Positions 23,515 through 35,394 of a stretch of DNA of 64,000 bases are shown here, piece after piece; the first letter of the stretch is position 1; each line of letters opens with the position of its first letter. This DNA comes from Macrostomum lignano (lineage: Eukaryota), in NCBI GenBank assembly GCA_002269645.1, contig NIVC01000657.1:1-64000 (forward strand), in the 5' to 3' direction. The position numbers and the translations under genes are program-made. The notes beneath the pieces were generated by a model. That model was not told the DNA's origin, did not search any database, and saw nothing but the letters and a program-made list of their open reading frames with translations.

Positions 23515-24560
23515 GCATCTCTGCAATTCCCCTATGAGCCTCATCGGCATCTCTGCAATTGCCCTATGAGCCTCATTGGCATCTCAGCAATTCCCCTATG
23601 AGCCTCATTGGCATCTCAGCAATTCCCCACTGAGCCTCATTGGCATCTCAGCAATTCCCCACTGAGCCTCATTGGCATCTCAGCAATTCCCCTATGAGCC
23701 TCATTGGCATCTCAGCAATTCCCCACTGAGCCTCATTGGCATCTCAGCAATTCCCCACTGAGCCTCATTGGCATCTCAGCAATTCCCCACTGAGCCTCAT
23801 TGGCATCTCAGCAATTCCCCACTGAGCCTCATTGGCATCTCAGCAATTCCCCTATGAGCCTCATTGGCATCTCAGCAATTCCCCACTGAGCCTCATTGGC
23901 ATCTCAGCAATTCCCCACTGAGCCTCATTGGCATCTCAGCAATTCCCCACTGAGCCTCATTGGCATCTCAGCAATTCCCCTATGAGCCTCATTGGCATCT
24001 CAGCAATTCCCCACTGAGCCTCATTGGCATCTCAGCAATTCCCCACTGAGCCTCATTGGCATCTCAGCAATTCCCCACTGAGCCTCATTGGCATCTCAGC
24101 AATTCCCCACTGAGCCTCATTGGCATCTCAGCAATTCCCCTATGAGCCTCATTGGCATCTCAGCAATTCCCCACTGAGCCTCATTGGCATCTCAGCAATT
24201 CCCCACTGAGCCTCATTGGCATCTCCGCAATTTCCCTATGAGCATTGGATTATCGTAATCTCAGAAATTTCCCTATGAGCATTGATTATCGGAATCTCAG
24301 AAATTTCCCTATGAGCCTCATTGGCCTCTCAGCAATTCCCCTATGAGCCTCATTGGCCTCTCAGCAATTCCCCTATGAGCCTCATTGGCATCTCATCAAT
24401 TCCCCTATGAGCCTCATTGGTCTCTCAGCAATTCCCCTATGAGCCTCATTGGTCTCTCAGCAATTCCCCTATGAGCCTCGTTGGCCTCTCAGCAATTCCC
24501 CTATGAGCCTCGTTGGCCTCTCAGCAATTCCCCTATGAGCGTCATCAGCATCTCAGCAGT
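23515..24560. repeat. 32-bp minisatellite family B (GGCATCTCAGCAATTCCCC[TAT/ACT]GAGCCTCATT) upstream of snail
   Basis: About 32 units, most containing ATTGG. Confidence 0.95.
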
Positions 24561-24779
24561 TCGATTTAAATCTAATTACAATATCAATCAAATTATCAGA
24601 AAGCAATTGCTTAATGGTGTTAAAATAAAAAAAGAAACATGAGGTTTGCTATTTGTTTAACCTGTTGGATTAGTTAAAACGAACAACAAGTAAGCAAAAC
24701 AAAGGATCTCAGAGGGATATTTCTGGGTTCTGGACCGACGAAAAAGGGACCGCGCCTCCAATCCTCACCAATGCCTTTC

Positions 24780-25160
24780 TCTCCTCTCCGTCCACCAATC
24801 AGCAAGTTCGAATCCTTCTCCTATTGGCTGCTCAGAATGCCGCCGCCTCATCACAAACTCCTGGCTCAATGGGGATCAACAGACTATCTCCTACTCCTCA
24901 ATTGTGCCGGCAGCTGGGATATTACCCTGCTCAATATATAAAGTCTTCCACAGAAGAAATTGAAGCCAAGCAAAAAGATAATATTACATCTACAGCTCGT
25001 ATAGTGAAAGGTGTGAAAGGTGCCACTTGTGCACGAGCCAAGATATAAATAGCGCATAGCAACTCTGATTTCATCTGCTTTCTGCAGTGCCAATTTCATT
25101 TTAATATATTAAGATCTACCCGCTGCTCGTCAATTGTCAGTGTGAGAGTATATAAAGTGA
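24780..25160 (+). promoter_or_regulatory. Candidate snail upstream promoter (CCAAT and TATA-like motifs)
   Basis: CCAATCAG near 24795, ATTGG near 24823, TATAAATA near 25045, TATATAAAG near 25150, followed by a GTGAGT donor at 25261. Motif evidence only. Confidence 0.35.
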
Positions 25161-25304
25161 AAGTGACATTGTGTGTCAGTGAAGAAACTAACAAAAATGA
25201 CAAATGCCCCAGTTGGCTGTTGGACTGTGCCTGCAGCCATTGCTGGCGATCGTCTTTGTGGTGAGTCTCAAAGAAAGCACGCGTTTTTTCTGCTTTGCTT
25301 ATAT

Positions 25305-25960
25305 TTATCTAAAATGGCACCCATCAAATCTAAAATGGCACCCTACAAATTCAAAATGGCAACCCTTCAAATCTAAAATGACACCCTACAAATTCAAAAT
25401 GGCACCTTTCAGATTCAAAATGGCACCCTTCACATTTAAAATGGCACCCTTCAGATTCAAAATGGCCTCCTTCAGATTCAGAATGGCACCCTTCAAATTC
25501 AAAATGGCACCCTTCAGATTCAAAATGGCACCCTTCAGATTCAGAATGGCACCCTTCAAATTCAAAATGGCACCCTTCAGATTCAAAATGGCACCCTTCA
25601 GATTCAGAATGGGACACATTCAGATTCAAATGGCACCCTTCAGATTCAAAATGGCACCCTTCAGATTCAAAATGGCACCCTTCAGATTCAAAATGGCACC
25701 CTTCAGATTCAAAATGGCATCCTTCAGATTCAAAATGGCACCCTTCAGATTCAAAATGGCATCCTTCAGATTCAAAATGGCACCCTTCAGATTCAAAATG
25801 GCACCCTTCAGATTCAAAATGGCACCCTTCAGATTCAAAATGGCACCCTTCAGATTCAAAATGGCACCCTTCAGATTCAAAATGGCACCCTTCAGATTCA
25901 AAATGGCACCCTTCAGATTCAAAATGGCATCCTTCAGATTAAAAATGGCACCCTTCAGAT
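25305..25960 (+). repeat. 21-bp minisatellite (AAAATGGCACCCTTCAGATTC)n, stop-free in the snail frame
   Basis: About 31 units translating as (KMAPFRF)n. Confidence 0.95.
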
Positions 25961-26004
25961 CAACTCATACAAGCGCCGCGCCCCTCTCTCCAGCCGCAGA
26001 CACA

Positions 26005-26017
26005 GTTGCTAGGCAAC
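26005..26017. promoter_or_regulatory. RFX X-box-like motif GTTGCTAGGCAAC, 123 bp before the snail ATG at 26140
   Basis: Matches the bipartite X-box consensus GTNRCY-N(0-3)-RGYAAC. Confidence 0.4.
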
Positions 26018-26139
26018 CAAGCGTCGGCTCGCTTCGCTCCACCCCTGCAGCCGCTTTGATCAGCAAATCCGCAACTCACCCAGCAACTGCGAATCAGCTC
26101 ACCCAGCCTCCGCCTCAGCAGCCTCATCAACAGCCGGCC

Positions 26140-27276
26140 ATGTCGCCGTTCGAATTTCACTGGCCGGCATCAGCGGCTCTGCAGCATCCGCTGCCAGATC
26201 CTCGCCTCCTGCTGTCGCTGCAGAACTCTCCGATCCCGATGGCGGCCGCGGCAGCCGCCGCAGCAGCGGCTATGAACCCCCTGCTCCGCCAGTCAGCCAG
26301 CTGCTCTCTGATGCTGTCTCTGCAGCGCTCCATCAACCAGCAGCCGGAGCTGAAGCCTACCTTGGAAAACATTCGCGCTTATCCTCAGCTGTTCGCTGAC
26401 TTTCAAATGCGAGCTCTGGCCAAGGCGCGCGAGCTGCAGCGGTTCGCCGCTCAGGTGCCGCCTCCGCCACCGCCACCGCCAGCTCTGGCCCAGTCGCCGC
26501 CGCAGACTTCGCCATCTGAGCTCCTTCACGGCAGCGTCGGAAGCTTCGTCGACGAACTCTTGACAACGTCGCCGACTGTGTCCTCGCCGCCGCCTCCGCC
26601 GCCCCCGATTCCAACAGCGATGGACAACAACAGCAACGGCAGTCCGACAATGGAGCTGGTGCAGCAGCAGCAAAGATTCTCCTGCGAAAAATGTCGACGA
26701 AGTTACACGACAAGCGCCGGTCTGTTGAAGCACCGTGAGTCGGGCAGCTGCGGCCGAGGCGTCGCGTCTCATCACGTAGCGGCGTCCGCTGCTCAGAGCT
26801 CAGAGCCAGTCAAGCGGTTCAGCTGCACCCGCTGTCACAAAGTCTACTACAGCCTGAGCGCGCTGAAGATGCACATCCGGACGCACACCCTCCCCTGCCA
26901 GTGCAAAATCTGCGGCAAAGCCTTCAGCCGGATGTGGCTGCTCAACGGGCACATCCGGACTCACACTGGGGAGAAGCCGTTCGAGTGCGGCGTCTGCCAG
27001 CGAGCGTTTGCCGACAGGTCCAACCTGCGGGCGCACATGCAGACTCACTCGGAGGTGAAGAAGTACCGCTGCCAGGCCTGCGGCAAGACCTTCAGCCGCA
27101 TGGGGCTGCTCACTAAGCATCGTAACGGCGGCGGCGGTTGCTGCATCGAAGTTGGCATCGGCGTTGCCGCTATTGCGACGGCGGCGGCGACTGCGTCCAC
27201 CCAGGATTCGTCCGGCTCGATCGGCGCGGCGGAGGAAGACGAGCTGCAATATTCAAGCGCGGGCCAGGAGGACTGA
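26140..27276 (+). CDS. snail: Snail-family C2H2 zinc-finger transcription factor (conservative start gccATG 26140, 378 aa; reading frame is open upstream to 25204)
   Basis: Five-finger Snail cassette: [42 protein letters not shown]...[33 protein letters not shown]. Family assignment is strong; the true start is uncertain. Confidence 0.88.
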   Translation: MSPFEFHWPASAALQHPLPDPRLLLSLQNSPIPMAAAAAAAAAAMNPLLRQSASCSLMLSLQRSINQQPELKPTLENIRAYPQLFADFQMRALAKARELQRFAAQVPPPPPPPPALAQSPPQTSPSELLHGSVGSFVDELLTTSPTVSSPPPPPPPIPTAMDNNSNGSPTMELVQQQQRFSCEKCRRSYTTSAGLLKHRESGSCGRGVASHHVAASAAQSSEPVKRFSCTRCHKVYYSLSALKMHIRTHTLPCQCKICGKAFSRMWLLNGHIRTHTGEKPFECGVCQRAFADRSNLRAHMQTHSEVKKYRCQACGKTFSRMGLLTKHRNGGGGCCIEVGIGVAAIATAAATASTQDSSGSIGAAEEDELQYSSAGQED

Positions 27277-27494
27277 AACCTGTGGATCGTTACTTGTTTA
27301 TATATGCTCATATATATTATGAAGATAACTGGCATTGTAAATTGGTGATTTATGTAGCTATTCGTAACTCAAACTCCGCGCGTTCCAGTCTCTAGCTGTT
27401 GTTCCCGAACCCAATAGCGCGCTCGTAATTCTCTTGCTCTTGTTTATAGACAACCGTAAACTTGATTGATTTGATCTGGGCTTAGCACTCCTAA

Positions 27495-28620
27495 TTGGCG
27501 ATTTTTAGGGGGCGAATTTTAGGGGGCGATTTTTAGGGGGCGATTTTTAGGGGGTGATTTTTAGGGGGCGATTTTTAGGGGGCGATGTTTAGGGGGCGAG
27601 TTTTAGGGGGCGATTTTTAGGGGGCGATTTTTAGGGGCGATTTTTAGGGGCGATTTTTAGGGGGCGATTTTTAGGGGACGATTTTTAGGGGGCGATTTTT
27701 AGGGGGCGATTTTTAGGGGGGGATTTTTAGGGGCGATTTTTAGGGGGCGATGTTTAGGGGGCGATTTTTAGGGGGCGATTTTTAGGGGGCGAATTTTAGG
27801 GGGCGATTTTTAGGGGGCGATTTTTAGGGGGTGATTTTTAGGGGGCGATTTTTAGGGGGCGATGTTTAGGGGGCGATTTTTAGGGGGCGATTTTTAGGGG
27901 GCGATTTTTAGGGGCGATTTTTAGGGGCGATTTTTAGGGGGCGATTTTTAGGGGACGATTTTTAGGGGGCGATTTTTAGGGGGCGATTTTTAGGGGGTGA
28001 TTTTTAGGGGGCGATTTTTAGGGGGCGATGTTTAGGGGGCGATTTTTAGGGGGCGATTTTTAGGGGGCGATTTTTAGGGGCGATTTTTAGGGGCGATTTT
28101 TAGGGGGCGATTTTTAGGGGGCGATTTTTAGGGGGCGATTTTTAGGGGCGATTTTTAGGAGGCGATTTTCAAAAGCGAGTTTTAAAGGCGATTTTAAAGG
28201 GAAGATTTTTAGGCGGCGATTTTTAGGGGACGATTTTTAGGGGGCGATTTTTAGGGGGCGATTTTTAGGGGGTGATTTAAAATCGATTTTTAGGGGGCGA
28301 TTTTTAGGGGGCGATTTTTAGGGGCGATTTTTAGGGGGCGATTTTTAAAAGCGAGTTTTAGAGGCGATTTTGAAGGGACGATTTTTAGGGGGCGAATTTT
28401 AGGGGGCGATTCTTAAAAGCGAGTTTTAGAGGCGATTTTTAAGGGAAGATTTTTAGGCGGTGATTTTTAAGGACGATTTTTAGGGGGCGAATTTAGGGGG
28501 CGATTTTTAAGAGCGAGTTTTAGAGGTGATTTTTAAGGGAAGATTTTTAGGGGCGATTTTTAGGGGGCGATTTTTAAGAGACGATTTTTTGGGGGGGCGA
28601 TTGTTAGGAGCGTTTTTTTT
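27495..28620. repeat. 14-bp minisatellite (TTTTTAGGGGGCGA)n just downstream of snail
   Basis: Visible array; shares GGCGATTTTTA with the 13-mer at 490-1345. Confidence 0.95.
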
Positions 28621-29234
28621 AGAATCTAAACTTCATTTAAATATGGCGTTTTTTGAAGACCATTTTAAAAGTCCCCGATATTTAAATTAATACTTAATTG
28701 TTGTTTTTATTCTAGTCAGATGTTCACCTTACTTGCACTTTAAATTCTGTGTACTCTGTATTCAAGCCCTCATATCATGCTTCGTAAATCAAGACATTTT
28801 TCTTGATATTACATCACTGATACTTCAAAAATTTACAGAAAAACTTTAGCTAGACAAAGCTCACACGGACAGCCATCATTTGATGCCCAACTGAGCTGCA
28901 CAGCAAACATATTTATTAATATATTATTAGTACTTTCTAACTGAAGGCCCACTCTTTACAAACCGATTCTGTTACTGAACGCACATTATAATTTGAATGT
29001 AAATGCATGTGCTCTATCTGTAGTTACCAAATCTGAAATGTTCAATGCTCATTTTGTTATTGGCAACTGTTCTTAACATAATCAATACAAATATCACTAT
29101 GCAGAATTTGCATATTAGCCTAAATGTCAACTTTACTGATGCTTTAAAGTATTTGCCTTTTTTTCTTCAGAAGGCAGCTATGTCTACCCACTTGATTCAG
29201 CCATTTGACTCGTGCTGACTCTTTGACTTGTAAT

Positions 29235-30245
29235 CAGCCCCTCCTTGAGACATGTCTCACCTTGACCCCTGCTAACACACTCTCTTGACCCGTGTAACAC
29301 ACTCTCTTGACCCATGGCGGACACACTCTCTTGACTCTGCTAACACACTCTCTTGACCCATGGCTGACACACTCCCTGACCCATGCTGACACACTCCCTG
29401 ACCCATCGCTAACACACTCCCTGACCCATGGCTGACACACTCCCTGACCTATGCTGACACACTCCCTGACCCATGCTGACACACTCCCTGACCCATGCTG
29501 ACACACTCCCTGACCCATGCTGACACACTCCCTGACCCATGCTGACACACTCCCTTACCCATGCTGACACACTCCCTGACCCATGCTGACACACTCTCTT
29601 GACCCATGGCTGACACACTCCCTGACCCATGCTGACACACTCCCTGACCCATGCTGACACACTCCCTGACCCATGCTGACACACTCCCTGACCCATGCTG
29701 ACACACTCCCTGACCCATGCTGACACACTCCCTGACCCATGCTGACACACTCTCTTGACCCATGGCTGACACACTCCCTGACCCATGCTGACACACTATC
29801 TTGACCCATGCTGACACACTCTCTTGACCCATGGCTGACACACTCTCTTGACCCATGCTGACACACTCCCTGACCCATGCTGACACACTCCCTGACCCAT
29901 GCTGACACACTCCCTGACCCATGCTGACACACTCCCTGACCCATGCTGACACACTCCCTGACCCATGCTGACACACTCCCTGACCCATGCTGACACACTC
30001 TCTTGACCCATGGCTGACACACTCTCTTGACCCATGGCTGACACACTCTCTTGACCCCTGATAACACACTCCCTGACCCATGGCTGACACACTCCCTGAC
30101 CCATGCTGACACACTCTCTTGACCCATGGCTGACACGCTCCCTGAACCATGCTGACACACTCCCTTGACCCATGTTGACACATTCTCTTACCCATGGATG
30201 ACACACTCTCTTAACCCATGGCTGACACACTCCCTGACCCACTGA
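29235..30245. repeat. 22/24-bp minisatellite (TGACACACTCCCTGACCCATGC)
   Basis: Visible array with interspersed 24-bp variants. Confidence 0.95.
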
Positions 30246-30899
30246 CCCATTATCTCACCGGTGAGTCACCGATCATCCACCCGGTGGTAGTTGACCTGCC
30301 TTACCCTATTTAATACTTTAATACGACTTTCTAACCTGATCCGTTACAGCAGTTCCTGGCGGAACGGATCTTACCGCGGGCCAGACAGACACGGGGACGG
30401 AGGAAGGGGGAAGGGATGAGAGGGGCTAGGGGGGGGGGGTAATCGAGTATCATTCCCCTAACTCAATTAGGCCCTAATTCCCTCACTACACGCAGCGCCA
30501 GGTCTATCCTTCTTACAGCGACCCAGCCCGGCGCTTTGGTGACCTTCCACTCCATCATTCAAGGGATGCTATCAGAGGGGGGGGAGATTTGGGAAGCGAG
30601 AGAAAGAAAATGAGGATAGTCGGGGATTTGCAGTCACCTTCTCCTAGATGCGAGCAGGCCACTGCACTTGATGGCTGCTGCTGTCCCTAATGGCCCCCTG
30701 GCCCCCATCCCGATGTGTTTTGTGTCCCTGATAGGCGAGCTCTTATTTTTGTTTTTAGAATTCAATTTTTTCTCTCGGACGGGATTTTAGACAGGTCCTG
30801 CTAGCCTGCCGAATCTAATTTGCCTCTTAGTGGGCCCTGCGGAGTGCTCGGGGCAGCGTCACAGCGTATAGGGCTGGCGCGAGGGGACTCGTGCCGAGG

Positions 30900-31250
30900 C
30901 AGGGAAAGGAGAGGGCAGAGAAGAGAGGGAGAAGAGGGGGAGAGAAGAGAGGGCAGAGAAGAGAGGGGAGCGAAGAAAGGGGAGAGAAGAAAGGGGAGAG
31001 TATATGTGCAGAGAAAATAGGGGAAAGAAGAGAGGGCAGAGAAGAGAGGGCAGAGAAGAGAGGGCAGAGAAGAGAGGGCAGAGAAGAGAGGGCAGAGAAG
31101 AGAGGGCAGAGAAGAGAGGGCAGAGAAGAGAGGGCAGAGAAGAGAGGGCAGAGAAGAGAGGGCAGAGAAGAGAGGGCAGAGAAGAGAGGGCAGAGAAGAG
31201 AGGGCAGAGAAGAGAGGCGAGAGAATCGAGGGAAGAAAAGAGAGGGGCAG
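30900..31250. repeat. 14-bp purine minisatellite (AGGGCAGAGAAGAG)n
   Basis: Visible array. Confidence 0.9.
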
Positions 31251-32064
31251 TCTGGGAAATGACACAAATCAAGACTCCATACGAATTGAAAGCACTCTTA
31301 AAAATGGCAGTTAATTTTCTATTTTAATCTTAAAATATTCAGTGCAAAAAACAAAACTCCAACGCCTCATCATTATCACTTCAGCAAATGCAAATCAGAA
31401 AGATAAGCTTCTGCAAATCGTTCACAGATTTTGAGTTTTAATCCGTACACCAGGGCCGCTAACATTTTGCTAATTGTAGGCGTAAAAACTATTTATTAAA
31501 AAGAGTCGATGAAACTCGGTATCCTTATTATGTAAGTATTGTATTTGTATACAGCATCCAAGTATATAATCCGGTATATTCTTAGCGACTCGAGTGCCTG
31601 CATTTGTCCGATTGTGCTTCGTCAAATTCACGCTAAACTTCTCTGATCTACAAAAAGACTGACGAAAGAGGCCCACAGATCAGAATGGGGGTGGGGGATT
31701 AGCAGAGGTGCGACCCGCGCCGGAGTGGGATGTTAATCCCCGGGATAAATTGACTGTTGAGGATGGGGGAAACTGTCGCGCGGCCCAAAGCCCTCCTCCC
31801 CAGCCTCATATCTCGGCGGCAAGTGAGGACTCAAGTGAGAACGAATCAAGGCGGTCGTTGACGGACAATCTGGGAAGACTATAGAAGACCATATAGAACT
31901 ACGAGTATATATATCTTCATTTACCTATGCTCATCGTATATGCATTTGGCAGAAATCTTAACGATTTGGTTTGTTTAGTTGTTCATTGAGCTTTCTTATC
32001 GAAGGATTATTTGATTGAAGGGTTTGCTATTTGGCTGGCCATGCCAGTTTAGTAAAATATTCAT

Positions 32065-32475
32065 CCTCTCTTCTCCCCCCTCTCTTCTCTGCCCTCTCTT
32101 CTCCCCCTCTCTTCTCCCCCTCTCTTCTCCCCCTCTCTTCTCCCCCTCTCTTCTACCCCTCTCTTCTCCCCCTCTCTTCTCCCCCTCTCTTCTCTCCCTC
32201 TCTTCTCCCCCTTCTCTTCCCCCCTCTCTTCTTTGCCCTCTCTTCTCTGCCCTCTCTTCTCCCCCTCTCTTCTCTCCCCGCTCTTCTCCCCCTCTCTTCT
32301 CTCCCCTCTCTTCTCCCCCTTCTCTTCCCCCCTCTCTTCTTTGCCCTCTCTTCTCTGCCCTCTCTTCTCCCCCTCTCTTCTCTGCCCTCTCTTCTCTGCC
32401 CTCTCTTCTCTGCCCTCTCTTCTATCCTATCTCTTCTCTCCCCTCTCTTCTATCCTATCTCTTCTCTCCCCTATC
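32065..32475. repeat. 13-14-bp pyrimidine minisatellite (CTCTTCTCYSCCCT-like), inverse of 30900-31250
   Basis: CTCTTCTCTGCCCT units are the exact reverse complement of the 14-mer. Confidence 0.9.
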
Positions 32476-33309
32476 TTTTCACTGCATGCAATTTAAAAAT
32501 GTCCCTTACGATTTGGCAAAGAAACCAGTCTGACCCTCCCAAAATCCTCCTTCAAGGATCTCCTTGACTTATAGGCTATCTGTATTTTTTTCCACTCCCC
32601 AAACGGCAGAAGGCCTCCCTAACGCCTCTGAGCCGCTTTGATTATATCAGGGGCTGCGGGCACAGGCAGACCGAAGCCGAGTTAAGCCTTCATCCAATTG
32701 AGCTTCGTTGGAAAATAACGCGGAGGCTGAGAGAGAGCGAGGAAGAGAGGAGAGAGAGTGAGGGAGAGACGAAGGAAGACACGCGGCCGCCAAGTGTCAG
32801 CGGCAGGACGTCGACTCTCAAGAATATTCTTAAACGACAAGGTTCCAAGTTTAGCATAGAGCGGGAGTGATGAGCAGTATCTGCTCGTAGGAGCTGTTTG
32901 GAATTGAGAAAATCTTTGCCCTCTATTTTCCTCTCTGGCTGGCGCACCGCGAGTTAATCCGCGCGTCGGATTCTAGCGGCCCAAGGATTAACCGATTAAT
33001 CCCTGTTTGCGATGATCCGGGGGGGAGGGGGGAAGGGAGGCGGGACAACGGCTTTAGGCATGGGCCGAAAAAAAAAACTGCGAAAAATGATTCGGTGGGG
33101 AGAGATTCTCAATTTCTGCGCCAAGCAGGCCGCGGCAGATTCAGATGTCTCTCGACTCGACAGTGAGGAAGCCAGGGAGATGGGAAAAGTCAACAACAGT
33201 GCTTGATTGGGACCCGATTTTGTGCACGGTTTTCAGTTCGTCTCTCTTGAACATTAAGGATTGAGGCTCTGAAGTCTGAGAACTCTGAAAGGGACGTTAG
33301 GACGTTTGA

Positions 33310-33660
33310 GATTCCCCTGATGAATGTGAGATTCCCCCAATGAATGTGAGATTCCGCTGATGAATGTGAGATTCCGCTGATGAATGTGAGATTCCGCTGA
33401 TGAATGTGAGATTCCGCTGATGAATGTGAGATTCCGCTGATGAATGTGAGATTCCCCTGATGAATGTGAGATTCCCCTGATGAATGTGAGATTCCCCTGA
33501 TGGATGTGAGATTACCCTGAGGATGTGAGATTCCCCTATAGATAAGATTTCTGAGGATGAGATTTCTGAGGACGAGATTTCTAAGAATGAGATTTCTGAG
33601 GATGAGATTCCTGAGGATGAGATTCCTGAGAATGTGAGAACCCTAAGGATTCGAGATTCC
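33310..33660. repeat. 20-bp minisatellite (TGAATGTGAGATTCCSCTGA) grading into a shorter GAGATTTCTGAGGAT unit
   Basis: Visible array. Confidence 0.9.
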
Positions 33661-34149
33661 TGAGGATTCCTGGGGAACCCTGAAAAACAACACAGGACTG
33701 AATAAGACTGCAGCGAGCCTCATTACCCAAACGTTGCTCTGCTTGGCCTCAAATAAAATGATGACGAGCGATCGCGATGGGACAGGAGCGCGAGTCGGAG
33801 GACCGGACTGCAATTTCTGTCGGTGACAGGCGAGTAGATCGATAGGGGTGGAGGTGGCGCCCGCCCAATTACATAAGATTGAGATTGGCACTGATAATGG
33901 CGCATCAATGCAGGAATTTGAGGACCTCAGGTTCGCTCGGAGAATGCGTGGCTCTGACGTCCTTCGAGAGGGGCAAGAGGTTGGCATCGATAAAAGAATC
34001 GAGGATTTGAGGGGACATCTGGTGTGGTAAGGGATGCACCAGCATAGGGAGATATCAGATCGGCTTTTGAGGGAAATTTAACCAACCAAACTTGAATTTT
34101 CTTTGAATTGGAAAGTTGGCATAAAAGGCGCTTAACTCTGTAAAGTCTG

Positions 34150-34650
34150 TGAAGTGGCGCCAAACCTGATGGACAAGTGACGCCAAAACTGATGGACAAG
34201 TGGCGCCAATTCTGGTGGACAAGTGGCGCCAAAACTGATTAACAAGTGGCGCCAAAACAGATAAACAAGTGGTGCCAATTCTGGTGGACAAGTGGCGCCA
34301 AAACTGATTAACAAGTGGCGCCAAAACAGATGAACAAGTGGTGCCAATTCTGGTGGACAAGTGGCGCCAAAACTGATTAACAAGTGGCGCCAAAACAGAT
34401 GAACAAGTGGCGCCAAAACTGATGGACAAGTGGCGCCAAAACTGATGGACAAGTGGCGCCAAAACTGATGGACAAGTGGCGCCAAAACTGATGAACAAGT
34501 GGCGCCAAAACTGATGGACAAGTGGCGCCAAAACTGATGGACAAGTGGCGCCAAAACTGATGGACAAGTGGCGCCAAAACTGATGGACAAGTGGCGCCAA
34601 AACTGATGGACAAGTGGCGCCAAAACTTATGAGTCAAGTGGCGCCGAGAA
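34150..34650. repeat. 23-bp minisatellite (AAAACTGATGGACAAGTGGCGCC) with 69-bp trimeric higher-order repeat
   Basis: The AATTCTGGTG variant recurs at 34208, 34277 and 34346. Confidence 0.95.
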
Positions 34651-35394
34651 TTTTGTTAACAGCAAGTTTTACAACACAAAAAAATTAAAGGTTTGAAATT
34701 TAGGCAAGACTCGTTGTGCCTCAAGTTTCCGAGCATCACTTTCCATGAAACCAAGCACCACTGATATACAGTACAAGACCATCTCTCAAAAGTTTTTCAA
34801 TATGCTCTAATAAAATTATGCTTGATTATGAGTTCTAAATAGTATCTAGTAATACGATTATTTTTTATACAATATTTGCTGATCTTAACAAAAATTATTA
34901 AATCACCTTTCCCATGGTAACAGGGTACAATATAATTACTAATATTGATTCCTATATCCCTGCGGCTATGTGCCATTCTCCCCATATGGAAAGTAATTTT
35001 TTGAAGAGAGATCAAATCCTGAATCCTATTGTTGAAACCAAATCTCCCAACACAGATATTATATTTGAGTTTTATAGGCGCCTATCACAGTATGAGGCCA
35101 GTATCTATGCCCATTGAACTCGAAGGCTAAATTAGGCGTGAATTTGTCTGGTAAATTATCCATAATTGCCCTACTGCACTTGCAAACAAATTTTCAAGAC
35201 AAGACTTGATTTCCCCATAATCCCAATTCACCCTCGAGGCTATAAAATACAAAACATCATTACTGCTATCATAGTTACCAGAGAACAATAATCACACTCA
35301 GGTTTCTCTCAATTTTGCATTCTGATCTTTTACACCTCACTGCTTTCACTTAGTTGTGAGCGTACTGACACGAATATTTTTAGTCCAAAACTCA

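Noticed and set aside
26530-26570. SFVDELL as an eh1/Groucho motif in Snail
   Set aside because: Does not fit FxIxxIL spacing; too weak to claim.
26357-27335. Overlapping antisense ORFs over snail and other exons
   Set aside because: Expected shadows of GC-rich coding sequence; no recognisable domains.
29234-30242. Multiple Cys/Gln-rich ORFs (GQGVCQHGSGSVSAWVRECVSM)
   Set aside because: Translation of the 22/24-bp array; no splice or domain support.
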